Below are positions 8,401 through 13,391 of a stretch of DNA of 13,391 nt, one piece after another (position 1 is the stretch's first letter; each line of letters starts with the position of its first letter). The stretch is from positions 1-13,391 of the forward strand of contig JAYNIA010000045.1 of assembly GCA_038108555.1 (NCBI GenBank). Direction: 5' to 3'. Both the position numbers and the translations under genes were made by a program. The notes under the pieces were generated by a model. The model worked only from the letters and a program-made list of their open reading frames with translations. It was not told the DNA's origin and ran no database searches. Source of the stretch: Nitrospinota bacterium (GTDB lineage Bacteria; Nitrospinota; Nitrospinia; Nitrospinales; VA-1).

Positions 8401-8609
8401 TTTTTTACGGCCTACATATGTACATTTAACAATCTTACTACCTTAGAAAATAAATCACAGTTAAAATTTTTTAATGTTTATTTTCAATTACTTTATTGGT
8501 TGTTATCCAACCCCTTGAAATTCAATAACTGCTATGGCACACCCGTGCCGGGCACGAATTCATAGGGAAAATATCACGCATACTCTCTGATTATGTGTGC
8601 AAAAAGGTG

Positions 8610-8677
8610 AAATATTTTAGTGATATAATTCCCTTGTGGTTTACTTTTCAATCTTGCATTTCGCCAGGGAAAATCCC
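8610..8677 (+). repeat. Right, intact copy of the ~68-bp direct repeat; promoter/5'UTR of the glycosyltransferase
   Basis: Matches 5869-5935 and ends 1 nt before the probable TTG start at 8679. Confidence 0.85.
8621..8629 (+). promoter_or_regulatory. Extended -10 promoter element (TGnTATAAT)
   Basis: Perfect TG-A-TATAAT about 50 nt upstream of the glycosyltransferase start. Confidence 0.6.
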
Positions 8678-8678
8678 T

Positions 8679-9806
8679 TTGAAAATTTGTCTTACAATCA
8701 ACTCTTCTCCGTGGTCGGAGTTTAAAGGTGGCGGTCAGCTTGCGGTAAATCACCTTGCCTGTGCCCTTTCTAAAAAGGGCCATGAGGTACACGCGTTGTA
8801 TTCTAAAAAACCTTATGAAAAATTCGAGGTGGAAGTTCCTTATAAAGTGCATTGGGCCGAGCATCATGATTTTGCAACCGTCAACCTGAACATTTTTTCC
8901 TATCCGAAAGTTCTGGCTCCATTGGCCAGGAAGGAAAAGTTTGATGTGATTCATGGCAATGCAGAAGAAGCTTATGCGGTAGGAAATATTGCAGCAAGAA
9001 CAAAAGCGGCTTATATATTTACGTCACATGCTCCAAATATTCCCACCACGGGAATGTTTTCGGGAATGCGCAATCCCATAAAGTTTTTAAAAAGTATCAA
9101 TACTTACTTATTAAGACAGGCGATGTTGGAAGCCGATCGTGTGGTGGCGTTCAGTCAATTTTCACGAGACCTGATTGCCAGAGGGATGGGAAACGCTGAA
9201 AAGGTACAAGTGATTTCTCCGGGAATTGAAAATTCCTGGTTTGAGGTGGAAAGAAACAATGTTGACCCAAACCGAATTTTGTTCTGGGGACGAATTGAAG
9301 ATGAAAAAGGTCTGCCGGAACTTTTTGTCGCTTTAAAAACGGTCACACAAAAGTTTAAAGAATTGAAACTGACTTTGGTTGGCGAGGGCCACCGGTTGCA
9401 GGAATATAAAGCCCGTGTAATCGATCTTGGTCTCAATGAAAATGTTGAATTTACCGGTTGGTTGGGTGAACAGGAAATTCAAAACCTGGCGGCTAAATGC
9501 GGTTTGGGAGTTTTCCCATCGCGGATCGAGAGTTTTGGTTTGTCCGTGGTGGAGGCAATGGCTTCCGGATTGCCAGTAGTAGCAGCCCAAGGAGGAGCTA
9601 TCCCGGAAAATATTGAAGATGGAGTGACCGGGAAACTGGTTCCTGTGAATAACTCCGATGCGTTGGCTGCAGCTATTTTGGATGCCATTGAGGACCCGCA
9701 AGGTGCTGAGTTCCGAGCCCAGGCGGCCAAATCGGCAGTCCGGGAGAAGTTTTCCTGGGAAAAAGCAGCAGACAGAATGATAGAACTCTATAATTCTTTA
9801 GCTTAG
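8679..9806 (+). CDS. Glycosyltransferase family 4 (GT-B fold)
   Basis: MKICL…GGGQ N-terminus (TTG 8679, in frame with the ORF-track start at 8595), GRIEDEKG, and the EX7E motif FPSRIESFGLSVVEAMASG. Confidence 0.93.
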   Translation: MKICLTINSSPWSEFKGGGQLAVNHLACALSKKGHEVHALYSKKPYEKFEVEVPYKVHWAEHHDFATVNLNIFSYPKVLAPLARKEKFDVIHGNAEEAYAVGNIAARTKAAYIFTSHAPNIPTTGMFSGMRNPIKFLKSINTYLLRQAMLEADRVVAFSQFSRDLIARGMGNAEKVQVISPGIENSWFEVERNNVDPNRILFWGRIEDEKGLPELFVALKTVTQKFKELKLTLVGEGHRLQEYKARVIDLGLNENVEFTGWLGEQEIQNLAAKCGLGVFPSRIESFGLSVVEAMASGLPVVAAQGGAIPENIEDGVTGKLVPVNNSDALAAAILDAIEDPQGAEFRAQAAKSAVREKFSWEKAADRMIELYNSLA

Positions 9807-9832
9807 AGAAGGATAAATTATTAATTCTTCTC
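9806..9832 (+). terminator. Hairpin directly after the glycosyltransferase stop codon
   Basis: GAGAAGGAT…ATTCTTCTC forms a 9-bp stem with one G-U pair. There is no clear U-tract, so terminator function is uncertain. Confidence 0.3.
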
Positions 9833-9890
9833 CTCCCACGCCAGTGGATTGTCTCTCACGCTAGTGAGTTGCTCCCCACGTTAGAGGGTG
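9831..9890. repeat. Three tandem 20-nt imperfect repeats, each a small palindrome
   Basis: tcctcccacgccagtggatt / gtctctcacgctagtgagtt / gctccccacgttagagggtg. Confidence 0.75.
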
Positions 9891-9995
9891 GTAGAATTGC
9901 CGGACCTCATGGGAATCCCTTCAGGGGAATTTGCATCTAAACCATATTAACCCAGTAATTTAGCAAAATTTTAAGGAAAGGCTGTAAGACAGCAG

Positions 9996-10802
9996 ATGGC
10001 GATTCAATTTACAAAAATGAGTGGAAGCGGGAACGATTTTGTTGTCATCGACAACCGAGTGCCGGTGATGGAAGACTCCCAAAAGGTCGATTTTGTCAAA
10101 CGCGTTTGCGACCGCAAAATGTCTGTGGGTGCCGATGGCGTAATATTTGTTGAGAATTCCGATAAAGCCGATATCAAATGGGATTTTTATAATGACGATG
10201 GTTCCTCTGCCGAGATGTGCGGAAATGGAGGACGCTGTGTGGCCCGCTATGCCGTTGAGAAGGGAATAGCACCCAACGAATTAACACTGGAGACCATTGC
10301 CGGAATCATCGAAGCAAAAGTGGATGGAAAGATGGTGAGGGTCAAACTCACAGCACCGGAAAACCTCAAGCAGGATATTGTGGCCGACTTTAATGGAACG
10401 CAATATGAAATCGACAGTCTAAACACCGGGGTTCCACACGCTATCATTTATTCTGACAATGTTGAAAACGTGAATGTCAAAGAAGTGGGCAATGGAATCC
10501 GTTTCCATGATGTGTTTGCTCCCGCAGGAACCAATGTGAATTTTGTCGAGAAGGTTGGCGACCACGATTTGAAAATCCGAACCTACGAGCGGGGAGTGGA
10601 AGACGAAACCTTGGCTTGTGGTACGGGAACGGTAGCTTCGGCGTTACTTTCTTCTTATAAAAATATGGTAAAACCCCCTGTAAAGGTAGAAACCCGGGGC
10701 GGTGAGATATTGAAAGTAGATTTTGATCCTTCTAACGGATCAGATGTTTTTCTTGAAGGGTTGACCCGTATTTCCTATGAAGGAACCCTCGGCGAATATT
10801 AA
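9996..10802 (+). CDS. dapF: Diaminopimelate epimerase
   Basis: KMSGSGNDF, catalytic EMCGNG and ETLACGTG, GVPH, TNVNFV, RTYERGVE. Confidence 0.97.
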   Translation: MAIQFTKMSGSGNDFVVIDNRVPVMEDSQKVDFVKRVCDRKMSVGADGVIFVENSDKADIKWDFYNDDGSSAEMCGNGGRCVARYAVEKGIAPNELTLETIAGIIEAKVDGKMVRVKLTAPENLKQDIVADFNGTQYEIDSLNTGVPHAIIYSDNVENVNVKEVGNGIRFHDVFAPAGTNVNFVEKVGDHDLKIRTYERGVEDETLACGTGTVASALLSSYKNMVKPPVKVETRGGEILKVDFDPSNGSDVFLEGLTRISYEGTLGEY

Positions 10803-10821
10803 TTTCAGTTAAAATAAAATT

Positions 10822-11694
10822 ATGTTTGAAGGATCATTTGTTGCAATAATCACTCCGTTTAAAAACGGTAAGGTGGATGCGAAAGCCCTAAAAGGTTTGA
10901 TCGAATTCCACATTGAAAATGGAACCAACGGTATAGTTCCATGTGGAACCACAGGAGAGTCCGCCACTTTAAATCATCAGGAGCACGAAGAGGTTATTCG
11001 TATTACTGTGGAAACCTGTGAGGGAAGGGTACCTGTGCTTGCCGGAACCGGTTCGAACTCAACACAGGAAGCCATTGAGTTGACATTGAGTGCGCAAAAC
11101 ATTGGTGCCGATGGCGCATTGCTGATAACGCCTTATTACAATAAGCCCACACAGGAAGGTCTTTACCAGCATTTTGCAGCAGTTGCGAAAGAAACAAAGC
11201 TTCCCATAGTACTTTATAATGTTCCCGGGCGAACGTCGGTCAATATGCTACCCTCGACGGTTGCGCGACTTTCCAAAATAAAAAATATTGTAGGAATAAA
11301 AGAAGCTTCCGGAAATCTGGTTCAGGTCAGTGAAATCATTCAGTCGTGTGGACCTGATTTCGAAGTTATTTCAGGGGAAGATGCGCTCACCTGGCCGATA
11401 TTGGCTTTAGGGGGCAAAGGTGTGATCTCAGTCACGGCAAACCTGGTTCCCGATAAAATGGCCCGGCTTTGCAAGGCTGCCCTTGAAGGGGATATGGAGA
11501 CTGCCAAAAAAGAACATTATAATTTGTTGAAGCTCAGTGACATCATGTTTATTGAGACCAATCCCATCCCTGTTAAAGCAGCGCTGGCAATTATGGGTCG
11601 CATCGACAATGAATTCCGTGCGCCACTTTGTCCTCCCTCAGAAAACAATCTGGCCGCCTTGCAAACGGTTCTTGAAGAGTACTCATTGGTATAA
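10822..11694 (+). CDS. dapA: 4-hydroxy-tetrahydrodipicolinate synthase
   Basis: GTTGES, PYYNKP, LYNVPGRT, GIKEASG (Schiff-base Lys), ETNPIPVK. Confidence 0.97.
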   Translation: MFEGSFVAIITPFKNGKVDAKALKGLIEFHIENGTNGIVPCGTTGESATLNHQEHEEVIRITVETCEGRVPVLAGTGSNSTQEAIELTLSAQNIGADGALLITPYYNKPTQEGLYQHFAAVAKETKLPIVLYNVPGRTSVNMLPSTVARLSKIKNIVGIKEASGNLVQVSEIIQSCGPDFEVISGEDALTWPILALGGKGVISVTANLVPDKMARLCKAALEGDMETAKKEHYNLLKLSDIMFIETNPIPVKAALAIMGRIDNEFRAPLCPPSENNLAALQTVLEEYSLV

Positions 11695-11766
11695 CTCCCT
11701 ATCGGGAGTGGCATATTAGCAAATTAAAGTAAAAAGTTTTACCGTATCCGTTTGTTGTAACGGGTA

Positions 11767-11780
11767 TTGATTATTATCAA
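11767..11780. promoter_or_regulatory. FNR/CRP-family consensus box TTGAT-N4-ATCAA
   Basis: TTGATTATTATCAA is a perfect match and lies in the dapA-dapB spacer. Confidence 0.4.
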
Positions 11781-11809
11781 GCGGCGGTCGCCGTACAGGA
11801 GTAAAGACA

Positions 11810-12610
11810 TTGACTAAGATTTTAGTAATAGGGATAGCCGGGCGTATGGGCAAAACGATTGCCGAATGCATTGAAGATACGGAAGGTGTCGAACTGGGTG
11901 GCGGAACCGAGCGCGCGGGCAGCGATTTGATAGGAGAAGATGCTGGAGAAGTCGTAGGTATTGGTAAGAAAGGAATTTCCATTGTAGATGATCCCGCAGT
12001 GGCCCTCGAATCCTGCGATGTTGCTATTGATTTTACAACCCCGGCTTCCAGCATGTTTACTCTCAACGCAGCCGCACAAAGTGGGAAGTCCGTTGTGGTA
12101 GGAACAACTGGATTTTCTGCAGAACAAAAAAAAGATATTTCTGAGATTGCAAAAAAAATTCCTCTCGTAGTTGCACCCAATATGAGTATCGGGGTGAACG
12201 TATTGTTTAAGCTCGTTGCAGATGCAGCACGTGTTTTGGGTGACGATTATGATGTTGAAATTGTCGAAGCCCACCATAAGTTTAAAAAAGATGCGCCCAG
12301 TGGAACTGCCGTCCGAATCTCTGAAATCGTAGCCGATTCTTTAAATCGCAATCTCGAAGAGGTGGGGGTGTATGGCAGAAAAGGACTTACCGAACGAACT
12401 CCAAAGGAAATTGGTGTCCATACCGTGCGCGCTGGGGATATAATAGGAGAGCATCGGGTTTTGTTTGGCGGTATGGGAGAAAATTTTGAAATTTTTCACC
12501 GCGCCCAAAGCAGACAGACCTTCGCCAGAGGGTCTATCCGTGCAGCACAATGGATACTCAATCAACCTAAAGGGATTTATGATATGCAGGATGTCCTGGG
12601 GTTGAAATAG
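11810..12610 (+). CDS. dapB: 4-hydroxy-tetrahydrodipicolinate reductase
   Basis: GIAGRMG nucleotide-binding motif, IDFT, VVGTTG, EAHHKFKKDAPSGTA. AGGAG RBS at 11797-11801 precedes the TTG start. Confidence 0.97.
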   Translation: MTKILVIGIAGRMGKTIAECIEDTEGVELGGGTERAGSDLIGEDAGEVVGIGKKGISIVDDPAVALESCDVAIDFTTPASSMFTLNAAAQSGKSVVVGTTGFSAEQKKDISEIAKKIPLVVAPNMSIGVNVLFKLVADAARVLGDDYDVEIVEAHHKFKKDAPSGTAVRISEIVADSLNRNLEEVGVYGRKGLTERTPKEIGVHTVRAGDIIGEHRVLFGGMGENFEIFHRAQSRQTFARGSIRAAQWILNQPKGIYDMQDVLGLK

Positions 12611-12624
12611 AATGAAATAAAGCT

Positions 12625-13391
12625 ATGAAAAACGACAAGCCAAATGAAGTGGAGGAAAAAAAAGGCTTGAGTTTTGTGCGTCGTGACTTTTTAAGGCTCC
12701 TTTCTTTTGCTGGTCTTTCTACTTTTCTTCCCGGTCGGGCCTCTGCCGAAGTAGACTACCGCAACGATAAAAACGTTCCCAGGCAATACATTCAAAACCG
12801 CGATGTTCCAGGGTTCCATATTCGCAGCGCGAATCCCTTTCTAGGGGTGGACATGGGAAACTGGGGACTCGCCGTTGGGGGGATGGTCAAGAATCCCATA
12901 GGACTCGGTTACGAGGATTTGTTCGGATTCAAAATGCAATCCCAAGTCTCCCGGCTCAAATGTGTGGAATGCTGGTCGGCGAAAGCGGAATGGGAAGGAT
13001 TCAGTTTTTCCGAGTTGGTTGAAAAAGTACAGCCGGACCCTACAGCAAAATATGTTTATATCCAATCCGCCGACTCTTACTATGAAAGTTTTTCCGTAGA
13101 GGAATTATTGCGTCCCCGGGTTTTGTTTGTGCTACGTATGAATGGAAAGTCTTTGAGCAAAGACCATGGTTACCCGTTGCGATTGATTATTCCCTATAAA
13201 TACGGGTACAAGAATATCAAGTACATCACGAGCATCAAATTCCTGGATACCCGAAAAAGGAATTATTGGTCTAACAGCGGGCCTTACTCGGTAGATGGAA
13301 CCATTCAACCGGGAATTGACCACCCTCTCGATTTCAAGAAAAAGCCCTTGCCCATCAACGGTGGTGAAGTTTTTCATTTCTTCGACAAACG
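12625..13391 (+). CDS. Tat-exported molybdopterin oxidoreductase, MsrP/YedY-like (runs off the window; absent from the ORF track)
   Basis: Manual translation from ATG 12625 has no stop before the window end: VRRDFL Tat motif, GRASA cleavage site, RLKCVECWSAKAEWEG, DHGYPLRLIIPYKYGYKNIKYI, NYWSNSG. Confidence 0.88.
   Translation, partial: MKNDKPNEVEEKKGLSFVRRDFLRLLSFAGLSTFLPGRASAEVDYRNDKNVPRQYIQNRDVPGFHIRSANPFLGVDMGNWGLAVGGMVKNPIGLGYEDLFGFKMQSQVSRLKCVECWSAKAEWEGFSFSELVEKVQPDPTAKYVYIQSADSYYESFSVEELLRPRVLFVLRMNGKSLSKDHGYPLRLIIPYKYGYKNIKYITSIKFLDTRKRNYWSNSGPYSVDGTIQPGIDHPLDFKKKPLPINGGEVFHFFDK

Noticed and set aside
8535..8549. TGGCAC…GC resembling a sigma-54 promoter on either strand
   Set aside because: The GG-to-GC spacing is 9 nt, not the required 10.
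8595..8678. ORF-track N-terminal extension of the glycosyltransferase
   Set aside because: It overlaps the extended -10 element and the duplicated non-coding repeat. The GT4 fold begins at TTG 8679 (MKICL).
9893..9925. Minus-strand GAAGGGATTCCCATGAGGTCCGGCAA resembling the SAM-I riboswitch core; a lysine riboswitch upstream of dapF was also considered
   Set aside because: The P1 and P3/P4 elements are missing and the orientation points into the 3' end of a gene. No lysine riboswitch consensus elements are visible on the plus strand.
12612..12620. ATG-AAA-TAA (Met-Lys-stop) minigene after dapB
   Set aside because: Expected by chance in an A-rich spacer, and it lies downstream rather than upstream of the lysine genes.
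907..13377. Numerous antisense or alternate-frame ORFs (e.g. 2504-3121 +, 8574-8954 -, 11716-12180 -, 11822-12277 -, 12841-13065 -, 13132-13377 -)
   Set aside because: They overlap well-supported genes and have no recognisable motifs, so they are treated as shadow ORFs.

Overview
Bacterial chromosomal window with no rRNA, intact tRNA, CRISPR array or transposase that I can recognise. In order it carries: a minus-strand SorAB-type periplasmic sulfite dehydrogenase pair (Tat-exported Mo subunit plus monoheme cytochrome c), SelO/YdiU, a trypsin-fold protein with an altered catalytic triad, a probably secreted protein frameshifted in a T7 run, an EamA transporter, a copper cassette, a GT4 glycosyltransferase, dapF-dapA-dapB, and a partial Tat-exported MsrP/YedY-like Mo enzyme that the ORF track misses. 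The copper cassette (about 5936-8609) is the most notable part. An 89-aa leader ORF (signal peptide, CxxC, C-terminal PPFPPP) has an anti-SD right after its stop codon that can pair with the RBS of a downstream multicopper oxidase fused to a beta-barrel-like tail, resembling CutF/CruR ribosome-stalling copper sensors. The cassette is bracketed by a diverged ~68-bp direct repeat of the glycosyltransferase promoter/5'UTR, which marks an old insertion. All alignments and hairpins were found by eye; no searches or folding calculations were run.
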